A stretch of 64,000 nucleotides of DNA, taken from NCBI GenBank assembly GCA_963719225.1, contig CAVRAY010000001.1, positions 1,504,001 through 1,568,000 on the forward strand, read 5' to 3'. Numbering within the stretch: the stretch's first letter is position 1; the number at the start of each line of letters is the position of its first letter. This document shows, in pieces, positions 46,766 to 57,875 of the stretch. The translations under genes and the position numbers were made by a program. The notes below the pieces were generated by a model. It was not told where the DNA came from, made no database searches, and saw only the letters and a list, made by a program, of their open reading frames with translations. The DNA is from Thermoanaerobaculia bacterium (GTDB lineage: Bacteria > Acidobacteriota > Thermoanaerobaculia > UBA5066).

Positions 46766-46836
46766 ACGCCGAATCGGACTATACCGGGTGAAATGAACAT
46801 AACGGATCAGGGCGGCGGATCCGTCCCCTGGAGATT

Positions 46837-47896
46837 TCACTCCACGCGGTTGAACCCGTGCGCGAGCCGTGAGATTTCGATCCGCTGAGGCAGATGGCTG
46901 CCTTCCAGCCAGATGATGCGCTGGGCGTCGACGGTCTGGGCGACGACCTCGAAGGCCTGGACGAGCTTCGGAAAGGAGGAGCCGTCGAGCAGAGTGCCGC
47001 CGAATGCGGCGGCAGTCACTCTCGACCGTTTGTCCACGTCGATCACGAAGAGAGGCACCGAAATCGACTTCAGGTAATGCGCGAGCCCTTCCGATGTGAG
47101 GTCGCTCCGGTCGGCCGGAGTCGGCCCCGCCAGGAGGATCACGGCCCGACGCCGGTTGTTTCGAGCAGCCGACATGCCCGCCACGGCGAGCGCGTCGCGC
47201 AGCTTCTGATCTTCGCGCACGGCCGGACGCCTGGGGGAGAAGAGAAACTTCCTTAGCCGCAATAGTGCAGGCTCCTCGGGGTAGATTTCGTAGCTCCGAA
47301 AGCCTTGGAGTCGTCTCTCCGGAACCGCCGACATATACCGGAGCCGCTGACCTTTCAAGACGCGTAACCCGGGGCGGCTCAATTCGGCGATATGCCAGAG
47401 CGCCGTCCAGGCGCTCGCGTCCACGACGGCGACGATCTCCGCGGGCCCCTCTTCGGTGCTCACGGCGCGAAGGGGCTGGCCCGCGTCGACAAACCAACCG
47501 TCCATCGTGTCGGGCGCCGGGAGCTTCGCGTCCTCGGAAACGCTCACGAGAGCCGCCGTGAGCTCGGTCTGCATCCCGTCCTTCTGCCATCCGCCGAAAG
47601 AGATCTCAGTGGATGCCGTGATCTTCTGCGGGAAGTCGAGGTCGGCCCGAAGGATGTGCATCTCTCCCGGAGTGAAATCGGGCAGGAGGACCCGAGATCG
47701 CACCTGGCTCCGGAGCGGACGGCCGTCGAAGCTCAGTCGAATGTGGGTAGGATCGACGGCGATGGTCGATTCCCACGACACGGTGGCGACGCGGCCTCTT
47801 CCGCCGGTACCAGGCAGTAGCACGAGTGACGCGTCGGCCATGCCCGTTTGCCGGTCCTATAACGAGCCCGAGAAAGAACGTGGCGAAGGCGATCAT
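46837..47896 (-). pseudogene. Paralog copy A of a secreted Ig-like/VWA-like protein, with a 200-nt internal deletion and frameshift
   Basis: MIAFATFFLGLVIGPAN leader at 47896 is 55 nt from MADAS (47841); the same distance is 255 nt in copy B. Confidence 0.75.
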
Positions 47897-47897
47897 T

Positions 47898-49535
47898 TCA
47901 GTTTCCCAGATCGAGAAACGCGTAGCCAAGCCGGTTCGTGCCGAGGTCGCGGACGCCGACCCAGAAGCGACCCTTCGCAAGACGCTCTTGAACGTAACGG
48001 CTCGAATACCTGTAGACGGTCTGAGGATTGACGTCTGCGTGGCCGTCCGGAATGTGAAGGGAGACGGGCTGCATCTGGAGCGGAGAGACCCGGCCCTCGG
48101 CGTCGATCGCCATCATGAGGACCTCGACGTTCGCCGTGCGCCCATCCCGGCCCGGGGTGAACTGGATTTCCGAGAGAGGGATCAGCACGTCGACCTCGAG
48201 GCCCTTCTCGTTCCCCTTCGCGGATTTTTCGCCGGGGGCCTCGAGGCTGATCTCGAAGTCGGGCTCAGGGGGATCCTCGGACAGCAGCAGGGCGGCGAAT
48301 CGCCCTCGCGACGTCTCTTCACTCGTGAGCGTGCGCTGCCCAGGAGCCGTGCGGACGGAGAGACCCGGGCGCGCGACCTCGACTCGGATCTCGCGCCGGT
48401 TCGAGGTCCCGTCCGGGGGCGTGAAGCCGAGCCGGTACCTGCGGCCAAGCCGCCGCGCCTCGTCTCTGAGCAGCTTATCTGGCGCGTTCGAGCCGCTGAG
48501 CCGTGCCCCTCCCGTAGCGGTGGCGATATCGGCGAAGGTGTCGAGACGGGAGGCAAGCGACAGGGGCGGCTCGCTCGCCGGCAGATCCGACGCATGCGTA
48601 TTCGAGGTGACGACGGAACCCTGGGGGCGAATCTTCGCCTCGCTGGCGTCTATTTCCGGAGAGATGGCGACCCCTGCCGGATCCAGGCAGATCACGGTCG
48701 CCTTCGCCAGGAGAGCCAATTCCACGGCTTCGTCTCGTTCGGAGTGAAAGTCGAAGGGATTCTTGGGTCTCTCGAGCTCCCGCGGCTTTTCTTTCCAGCT
48801 CGGGCCAAATCTACCCGCGTTGGCATCACGCGCCACGCTCGCCAGGTCTTCCGGGTCAAACACGCCGGACCGCGGCAGGTAGCCCGCGAGGATGACGACC
48901 GTTTTCGCTTCGGGGCGGCTGGAAAGGGTGCGAAAGAGATAAGAGAATCCGCGCAGCGCCTGGCTCGACATCGACACCCAATCAGGCGCATAGGGCTGAC
49001 TGTAGGAGCTGGGCGGCTTTCGCCCGACCAGCTCCAGCGTGTCTTTCGCCAGGCGCCGGTCGGGCGTGAAGCGCTGCAACATCTTCATCCCGAGGTCGAA
49101 GACATAGACGGCGACCTCTTCCTCGGGCGGAAGCGTTTCCAAGTGCCGCTCCATGGCGAACAGTCCCTGGCGCCGGGATCCGAGATCGAGATGAAAGTTG
49201 TCGATCAGGTAGACGGTGCTGTGTGGGGGACGGGCAGGCGATGCTGCCGCTGGCGCCTCCTGTGCTCGACGGGACTCGGCGGAGGGGCGGGAGGCGCTCG
49301 GCCCGCTTTCCTCGGCCGGGGGCGGCTCGATCCAGTCGATCGGCGAGGGCCGGCCATTCACGTAGAGCCTGAACTCGTCCTTTCGGAGATCCAGGACGGG
49401 CCGGCCCTTCCGGTCCTGGACGAGCACCTGCGCCTCAGCGGATTTGACTTGTACAGCCGCGGTAGCTGGCGGTGCGGCCGGCTCCTGACCGAGCAACGGC
49501 GACGAAAGCAGAAGGCACCCGAGAAGTGCCCTCAT
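47898..49535 (-). CDS. VWA-domain protein (acidobacterial VWFA-related)
   Basis: Signal peptide, VQDRKGRPVLDLRKDEF, IATATGG, YRLGFTP, IRVEVARPGLSVR; ATGA-coupled to copy B. Confidence 0.8.
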   Translation of the reverse strand: MRALLGCLLLSSPLLGQEPAAPPATAAVQVKSAEAQVLVQDRKGRPVLDLRKDEFRLYVNGRPSPIDWIEPPPAEESGPSASRPSAESRRAQEAPAAASPARPPHSTVYLIDNFHLDLGSRRQGLFAMERHLETLPPEEEVAVYVFDLGMKMLQRFTPDRRLAKDTLELVGRKPPSSYSQPYAPDWVSMSSQALRGFSYLFRTLSSRPEAKTVVILAGYLPRSGVFDPEDLASVARDANAGRFGPSWKEKPRELERPKNPFDFHSERDEAVELALLAKATVICLDPAGVAISPEIDASEAKIRPQGSVVTSNTHASDLPASEPPLSLASRLDTFADIATATGGARLSGSNAPDKLLRDEARRLGRRYRLGFTPPDGTSNRREIRVEVARPGLSVRTAPGQRTLTSEETSRGRFAALLLSEDPPEPDFEISLEAPGEKSAKGNEKGLEVDVLIPLSEIQFTPGRDGRTANVEVLMMAIDAEGRVSPLQMQPVSLHIPDGHADVNPQTVYRYSSRYVQERLAKGRFWVGVRDLGTNRLGYAFLDLGN

Positions 49536-50794
49536 AGGTCCACCCGGGTCAGTCCGTGTGCGAGCCCGGAAATTCCGATCCGCTGAGGCAGGTGCCTGCC
49601 CTCCAGCCACACGATGGTCTGGGCGTCGACGGCCCGCGTGACGAGATCGAAAGCCTGAACGAGCTTCGGAAAGCTCGAGCCGTCGAGGTGGGTGCCGCCG
49701 AATGCGGCGGCGGTTTCTCTCGATGTTTTGTCCAGGCCGATCACGAAGAGAGGCACTGAAATCGACCTCAGATAATGTGCGAGCCGTTCGGAGGTCAGGT
49801 CGCTCCGGTCAACCGGAGTCGGCCCCGCCAGGAGGACCACGGCCCGACGCCGGTCGTTCCTGGCGGCCGACATGCCCGCCATGGCGAGCGCGTCGCGGAG
49901 CTGCTGGTCCTCGCGCACGACCGGATGGCTGAAGAAGAGCAGCGTCCTGAGCGGCAAGAGAGCCAGCGCCTCGGGAAAGGCCGCGTAGCTCCGGGAGCCC
50001 TGGAGTCGCCGCTCCGGGACCGGCGACATGTACCGGAGCTCCTGGCCTTTCAGGACGCGCAGCCCGGGACGGTCCCATAAGGCGATGCGTGAGAGCGCCC
50101 TCCAGCCGCTCGTGTCCACGACGGCGACGATCTCCGCGGGCCCTTCCTCTTCTGTGCTGACGGCGCGCAGCGGCTGGCCCTCGTCGACGAACCAACCATC
50201 CATCGCGTCAGGCGCCGGGATCCTCTCACCCTTCGGAACGCTCACGATCGCCGCCGTGAGCTCCGTCTGCGTCTCGTCGCTCTGCCGTCCTCCGAAAGCG
50301 ATTTCCGCCGACGCCGTGACCCTTCCCGGGAAGTCGAGCTCGGCCCGAAGGAAGTGCACCTTGTCGGGAGCGAAATCGGGCAAGAGGATTCGGGACGGAA
50401 TCTGCTTCAAGAGCGGACGGCCGTCGAAGCTCAGTCGAATGTGAACAGGATCGGCGGTGACGGTCGATTCCCACGACAGGGTGGCGACGCGTCCTTTTCC
50501 ACCCGCACCCGGCACGAGGACGAGAGACGCGTCGGCCATCCTCGGGTACCGGTTGATCCATCTGCGGACCCTCGCCGTCTCGCGGCCCTGGGCATCCCGG
50601 GCTACCGCGACGAGAACGTGCGGCTCGGGAAGCCTGCCAAAGTCCACGACCAGCTTCCAGGGTGCGCTCGTCAGGACGCCGACGGATGTGTCGTCCAGGA
50701 ACAGCTCCACTCGGGCTACACCTTCGCCAGGTACAATCTCGACGTTCGCCGGCCCCATCACGAGCCCGAGGAAGAACGTGGCGAAGGCGATCAT
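49532..50794 (-). CDS. Paralog copy B (intact) of a secreted Ig-like/VWA-like protein
   Basis: MIAFATFFLGL leader, Ig-like segment (VELFLDD...VAVARDAQGRE), LRDALAMAG...RRAVVLL...YLRSISVPLFV. Confidence 0.75.
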   Translation of the reverse strand: MIAFATFFLGLVMGPANVEIVPGEGVARVELFLDDTSVGVLTSAPWKLVVDFGRLPEPHVLVAVARDAQGRETARVRRWINRYPRMADASLVLVPGAGGKGRVATLSWESTVTADPVHIRLSFDGRPLLKQIPSRILLPDFAPDKVHFLRAELDFPGRVTASAEIAFGGRQSDETQTELTAAIVSVPKGERIPAPDAMDGWFVDEGQPLRAVSTEEEGPAEIVAVVDTSGWRALSRIALWDRPGLRVLKGQELRYMSPVPERRLQGSRSYAAFPEALALLPLRTLLFFSHPVVREDQQLRDALAMAGMSAARNDRRRAVVLLAGPTPVDRSDLTSERLAHYLRSISVPLFVIGLDKTSRETAAAFGGTHLDGSSFPKLVQAFDLVTRAVDAQTIVWLEGRHLPQRIGISGLAHGLTRVDL

Positions 50795-50908
50795 TCCCAC
50801 TTCTAACCCCTCCCGAAGGCGGTCAGTCAAGCCTCTTATGTGGCTCGAAACGGCCGAGGTCAATGATTCAGATGACCCCGGCGACCGAAAGGTCGTGCGT
50901 AAGAGCGC

Positions 50909-51640
50909 TCAGTCCACGCGGGTCAGCCCGCGCGCAACCTCTGAGATCCCGATCCTCTGGGGCAGGTGCCTTCCGTCCAGCCAAAGGATGCGCTGGGAGT
51001 CGACGGCCCGGGCGACCACCTCGAAGGCCTGAACGAGCTTCGGGAAGGACGAGCCATCGAGCTGAGTGCCGCCGAATGCGGCGGCAGTCTCTCTCGACCG
51101 ATTGTCCACGTCGATCACGAAGAGAGGCACCGAGATCGACCTCAGGTAGTGCGTGAGCCCCTCCGAGGTCAGGTCGCTCCGGTCGGCCGGCGTTGGCCCC
51201 GCCAGGAGGATCACGGCCCTTCGCCGGTTGTTCCGGGCGGCCGACATGCCCGCCACGGCGAGCGCGTCGCGTAGCCGCTGCTCCTCGGGAGCGACCGGGT
51301 ACCGGGAGTGGAACAGAAACCTCTCGAGCGTTATTGGGGTCGCCGACTCCGGATAGATCGAGTAGCTCCGGGAGCCCTGGAATCGCCGCTCTGGAACCGG
51401 CGACATGAACCGCAGCTCCTGACCTTTCAGGACGCGTAACCCAGGGTGGGACCATTTGGGCATGAGTCCGAGTGCCGTCCATGCGCTCGCGTCCCTGATG
51501 ACGACGATTTCCGCAGGCCCCTCCTCCGTACTCACGACACGCAGCGGGCGGCCCTCGTCGGCGAACCAACCGTTCATCATGTCGGGCGCCGGAAGCTTCG
51601 CGCCCTTTGGAACGCTTGCAAGAGCCGCCGTGAGCTCCGC
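50909..51640 (-). pseudogene. Paralog copy C, 5'-truncated
   Basis: Similarity to copies A/B begins abruptly at AELTAALASVPKG (about 51640); the N-terminal part is missing. Confidence 0.75.
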
Positions 51641-51736
51641 CTAGCCGTTGAGCTTGATATCGTTAAGTGGCGTACCCGTAAGTGTCCATTGCCCGCGGCT
51701 CGCTTCTTGCGGTATTTCGCTCGGAGGCCAAGGCCG

Positions 51737-52108
51737 ATGAAATCCTCGATGCTTCTGGCCATTCGAGCTAGGGGCCCTGCACTGCTTGCCTTGCTCGCAC
51801 TCGGCTCGCTGCTCACCTGCGACAGAGAGCATTCTTCGCCGTTCGAGCCGGTCGAGGACACCAGGCCAGGTCACCTCAGTCTAATGGTCGGCATTCCCTG
51901 TGGAACCGTCTCGGTGGCCACCGTATTCCTCGACGGCCGGGCAGATGGAGAGATGAAGATCCCTGGCGGTTTCTACGTCGATGTACCCGTCGGTCTCCAT
52001 ACCTTTCAGATTGGCGCCTACTCGTACGTCATATCCTTTCAGGTCGACCACGGTGAGACAGCCACCTTCACCAACGGCTCCTTCGTGTGCCCTCAGACTA
52101 CCCCCTAG
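51737..52108 (+). CDS. Small exported, possibly lipoprotein, hypothetical protein
   Basis: GGAGG upstream; hydrophobic stretch ending LLTC; beta-rich mature part; less GC-biased codons than neighbours. Confidence 0.55.
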   Translation: MKSSMLLAIRARGPALLALLALGSLLTCDREHSSPFEPVEDTRPGHLSLMVGIPCGTVSVATVFLDGRADGEMKIPGGFYVDVPVGLHTFQIGAYSYVISFQVDHGETATFTNGSFVCPQTTP

Positions 52109-52182
52109 TTGGCGCAAGCTGGGTACGCCTTTCCGGCGGCTCGCTCCTCTCTCTGAGGGGTTAATGATTCAGGTGCGAGGGC

Positions 52183-52701
52183 TCAGCGCGTCGGATCCCA
52201 GACCGCGACGTGCGGCAGATTCCGGAACTTCTCGTCGAGGTCGAGGCCGTAACCCACGACGAATTCGGGGCCGATCTCGAATCCGAGGAAGTCCGTGCGG
52301 ATATCACGATTTTCGGGCAGGTTCTTCTTGAGGAGGGCCGCGACGCCGAGAGTGCGGGGCCTCCTCGAAGCGAGGAGGTCGAGAATCTTCCGAAGCGTGA
52401 GACCGGTGTCGATCACGTCCTCGAAGAGCAGGACGTCCCGGTCGAGCACGTCCATCGAGAGGTCGTGGACGATGTTGATGTTTCCCGAAGAGCTCGTTCC
52501 GGCGTAAGAGCGCACCTGGAGGAAGTCGACCGAAACGGGCACGGTGAGGCGCTTCAGGAGATCGGTCAGGAAGAACACCGAGCCCTTCAGAATGCCGACG
52601 GCGAGCAGGTCCCGGCCCGCGTACGCGGCGTCGATATCCCTCGCGAGGACGTCGAGGCGCTTCGCGATCGTCTCTTCGGAAAGCAGGATGTGGTCGATCA
52701 C
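52183..52701 (-). CDS. hpt: Hypoxanthine phosphoribosyltransferase
   Basis: GILKGS, EDVIDTGLTL, FVVGYGLD, RNLP. Confidence 0.95.
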   Translation of the reverse strand: MIDHILLSEETIAKRLDVLARDIDAAYAGRDLLAVGILKGSVFFLTDLLKRLTVPVSVDFLQVRSYAGTSSSGNINIVHDLSMDVLDRDVLLFEDVIDTGLTLRKILDLLASRRPRTLGVAALLKKNLPENRDIRTDFLGFEIGPEFVVGYGLDLDEKFRNLPHVAVWDPTR

Positions 52702-52727
52702 GCCCGTCAGACTATCATCCGCGAAAC

Positions 52728-54313
52728 GTGACCAGCAGCGTTCCCGACCCCGAAGCGATCTCTCTGGCGTATGCCCGCCTCTCCACGAAGTTCAAGACTC
52801 TGTGGACGTTTCACCAATTCCTGCAGGGAGTTCATCGCACGAGCCTTCGCGGGCCCACGGGGCCTGCGGTCTCCTTCGCCCCGCTGTACGAGCAGATCAA
52901 GCGCATCAAGGAGACGAAAGGCGTCGAGCCCGCGGCCGACACGCGAGCCGCGATGGCACGCCTCGACGGCCAGCTCGACTCGCTGCACGCGACGCTGGCC
53001 GAGGACGATCGCGAGATCTCCCCGAGCGCGATGCGGCAGTTCTTCGAGCGCGTGAAGGCCGGCGACGAAGAGCTGCTTCTTTCGATCCTGAAGTTCTATT
53101 ACTACGCCCCCACCCTGTCGTCCGACGAGATGGACAAGGTGGACTTCCTCCTCACGCGCATCGGCACGACGGTGGGACAAGAAGGCGCGGCGGAGCTCAA
53201 GTCCGGCCCCGAGCTCCAGAAGCTGAGCGACGCGCTCCTCTCTCTGATGGTCCGGCCGCGGGCCGAGGCCGCCGAGGTGAAGTCCGTCGTTTCCCTCCTG
53301 GACCTTCTGCGCCGCGACCTCGAGGCATGCCAACGGTTCGAGGACCTCTCGAAGCGCAAGACTCTCGAGAACATCCGCACGCTGAAGCACCGGATGGGCA
53401 GGGCCTTCTACGACTCCGAGGTCATGCAGGCGATCCTGTCGTCGAACGTCGCGGTGAAGAAGAAGTTCCAGCTCCTCTACAAAGAGGAGGAAAAGCGAAT
53501 CCTCGCGGCGTCGCACGAGGTTCTCGAGAAGGAAAAGGACCTCGAGCACGACGCGCGCTTCATGAGTCCCGAATTCCGCGAGGACCTCGAGCGCTTCCGC
53601 AAGGACAAGGAGGAGTTCGAGAAGGCGAGCCGCCGGCGCGGCGTGCGCCCGCGCGACGTGAAAAGCCTGAAGGAATCGCTCCACAAGCTTCTCGCGCATC
53701 TCGATCCCGCGGCTGCGGAGGAGTTCGAAGTCGGCTCGGATTCGACTGCGGGCGCCGGCGGCCGCAGGAAAAAGGACGCCACCGCAAAGGGCGCGACGCC
53801 CCTGCCCCTCAGACGTGACACCGGCGCGGAAATCGCCTGGCGGGCCGAGACGGATCGCCTCACGTCCGAGGCGGCCCGTCGCCTCCTCGCGAGCATCGAT
53901 CTCGTCCGGTCGGATCCGCCCAGCGGCGTGCCCGCGCACGGAGCCCGGCTCGAATCATGGGAGGTGCGGGCGGCCCTTCGGATCCTGCGCAAAGGCAAGG
54001 GCGGAGAACCCGCGAGCGAGCGGGATCGCCTCTACTTCAACGCCGCGGTCCTCCGGCAGAAGATGGACGAGGAGGCGCAGACGTTGCGTGATCTCGTCAG
54101 CGAAGTCGGGGAGTCGTCGGCATCCGAGGGCACGCTCCAGGCCACGGAAAAATGTCTCGCGCGCGCGCGAGAAATCGACGGCCTCTTCCGACAGGCTCTC
54201 GGCGTGGCCGAGTCCGAGGGCATCCAGCCCTGGAATCACCTGACGCGCTCACGCTTTCGGCACCTTCGCGCGTTCGCGGGTCTCTGGCTCCTCTACGACG
54301 CTCTGGGTGGCAC

Positions 54314-54317
<4 letters not shown>
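52728..54317 (+). CDS. Hypothetical helical protein, translationally coupled to lysS
   Basis: 529-aa ORF with host-like codon usage and charged helical content; GTGA overlap with lysS. Confidence 0.75.
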
Positions 54318-55924
<1,607 letters not shown>

Positions 55925-56005
55925 AAAGGTCAGCAGGCGGCCGTCGCCCTCTTCCCCTTCTAAGAAAATCTTCCTCTTCTCTTTTCCCAACAAAAAAATC
56001 TTCTC

Positions 56006-57151
56006 TTGATCTCTCTCTTTCTAGCCCGCCGTTACCTTCTCGCGTCGCGGCGCGACGCGCAGGTAGGGGTCGTCGCGCTCGCGGCCTTCTGCGGGCTCGC
56101 GCTCGGCGTCGGGGCGCTCGTCGTGTCGCTCGCGCTCCTCGCGGGCTTTCAAACGCACGTGCGGAGCCGGCTTCTCGCCGAGACGCCGCATCTGCTCGTG
56201 ACGCCCGCGGGCCGCGGCACGTTCCACGACGCGGATCGGATCGGGAGCAAGCTCGCCGCCGTCCCCGGCGTGGTTTCCGTCTCTCCCGTCGCGCGGGGCC
56301 GCGTGTGGGTCTCGATCGGACGGGACGCCGCCCCGGCGGAGGTCGTCGGCCGCGAACGGACGAAGGGGCTCGTGCTCGACGTGACCCAGGCACGGCCGCT
56401 CGGGGTCGTGCCGGGCGAGACGGTGACGCTCGTCTCCTCGCGCGCGCGCCTCTCGCCGCTCGGCCCGGTCCCGATCGTGTCGACCCTGAAGGTCAGCGCG
56501 CTCGCGGCCTCGTCCACGGGACGACGCTCGGCCGAGGCGAGTCTGCCGCTCGACGAGGCGCGGCGCCTCTTCGCGCTCGGCCCGGACGGCGCCACCGGCT
56601 ACGAGGTCTTCCTGAAGGACCCGTCGAACGCGAAGGCCGCGGCCGCCGCGGTCTCGGTCGCGCTGGGGCCTTCGGTCACGCTCACGACGTGGGAAGAGCA
56701 GAACCGCGCCCTCGTCCTCGCGCTCAAGCTCGAGCGCTTCGTCCTGTTCGCCGCCGTCTTCCTGATCGTGATCGTGGCGGGCCTGAACCTCGCGGCGACG
56801 TCCGCGGTGCTCGCCGCGACGCGCGCGGGGGACGCGGCCATTCTCTCGGTTCTCGGGGCGTCTCCGAAGATCGTGGAGCGGGTCTTTCGGACCGCGGGCG
56901 GCTGCGTGGGGATGGCCGGCACGACCGCGGGCGTCCTCCTCGGCGTCGCCACCGCCCTCCTGCTCGAGAAATTCGGTCTCGTGCCGCTCCCGGCTCAGCT
57001 CTACGGAATGAGCCACGCGCCGTTCCGCGTGGATCCTTTCGACGTGAGCGCCGTCGCGGTCCTGTCGATCCTGTGGGCGTTCGTCGTGGCCACCGTGCCT
57101 GCCCGCACCGCGGCGCACCAGTCCGCCGTGGAGGTCCTGCGTGGCGCCTGA
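56006..57151 (+). CDS. LolC/E-like lipoprotein-releasing ABC permease
   Basis: ARRYL N-terminus, 1+3 TM layout, WEEQN motif; position in the lysS-lol-clpC-bamA cluster. Confidence 0.82.
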   Translation: MISLFLARRYLLASRRDAQVGVVALAAFCGLALGVGALVVSLALLAGFQTHVRSRLLAETPHLLVTPAGRGTFHDADRIGSKLAAVPGVVSVSPVARGRVWVSIGRDAAPAEVVGRERTKGLVLDVTQARPLGVVPGETVTLVSSRARLSPLGPVPIVSTLKVSALAASSTGRRSAEASLPLDEARRLFALGPDGATGYEVFLKDPSNAKAAAAAVSVALGPSVTLTTWEEQNRALVLALKLERFVLFAAVFLIVIVAGLNLAATSAVLAATRAGDAAILSVLGASPKIVERVFRTAGGCVGMAGTTAGVLLGVATALLLEKFGLVPLPAQLYGMSHAPFRVDPFDVSAVAVLSILWAFVVATVPARTAAHQSAVEVLRGA

Positions 57152-57860
57152 GGGGGCGTTGCTCGTGGCGGAAGGCCTCGCGAAGGGCTTCGGCACCGGA
57201 GAGGCGCGCGTCGAGGTCTTTCGCGGCGTCTCCCTGGCGGTCGTCCCGGGGGATCTACTCGCGATCACGGGCCCCTCGGGCTGCGGAAAATCGACCCTGC
57301 TTCACATCCTCGCCGGGCTCGACGTTCCTGACGCGGGACGCGTGATGCTCGACGGCGCGGACTGGGCGTCGCTCGCACCGGCCCCGCGTGCGGCGGTGCG
57401 CGGAGCGAGCGTGGGATTCGTGTTCCAGTTCCACCACCTTCTTCCCGAGCTCACGGCCGAAGAGAACGTGGCGCTGCCGCTGTTCCTCTCCGGGGCGGCG
57501 GAAAAGGACGGCCGTCGCGTCGCGCGCGAGGTTCTCGACCGCGTCGGCCTTCTCGCCCGAGCGGCCGCGTTTCCGCGGACCCTTTCCGGCGGTGAACGGC
57601 AGCGCGTCGCCATCGCTCGCGCGGTCGTGAGGCGGCCCCGGCTCCTCCTCTGCGACGAGCCCACCGGGAGCCTCGACGCCGCCCACGCGGCCCAGGTCTT
57701 CGAGCTCCTGGCCGAGGTCGCCAGGGAGCGTGCCGGGGCCGCGATCGTCGTCACCCACGACCCGGAATGGGCGCGTCGCTGTGCTACGATGAAATTGCTG
57801 GGAGAAGAGGGGTTGAGCGACGTCGTCGGGGCCGCCCTCCCGCTCTCTCCGAGGGGTTGA
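57141..57860 (+). CDS. lolD: LolD-like ABC ATP-binding protein
   Basis: GPSGCGKST, GFVFQFHHLLPE, LSGGERQR, DEPTGSLD, VTHD. Confidence 0.85.
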   Translation: MAPEGALLVAEGLAKGFGTGEARVEVFRGVSLAVVPGDLLAITGPSGCGKSTLLHILAGLDVPDAGRVMLDGADWASLAPAPRAAVRGASVGFVFQFHHLLPELTAEENVALPLFLSGAAEKDGRRVAREVLDRVGLLARAAAFPRTLSGGERQRVAIARAVVRRPRLLLCDEPTGSLDAAHAAQVFELLAEVARERAGAAIVVTHDPEWARRCATMKLLGEEGLSDVVGAALPLSPRG

Positions 57861-57875
57861 AACGGTCATCTGACG

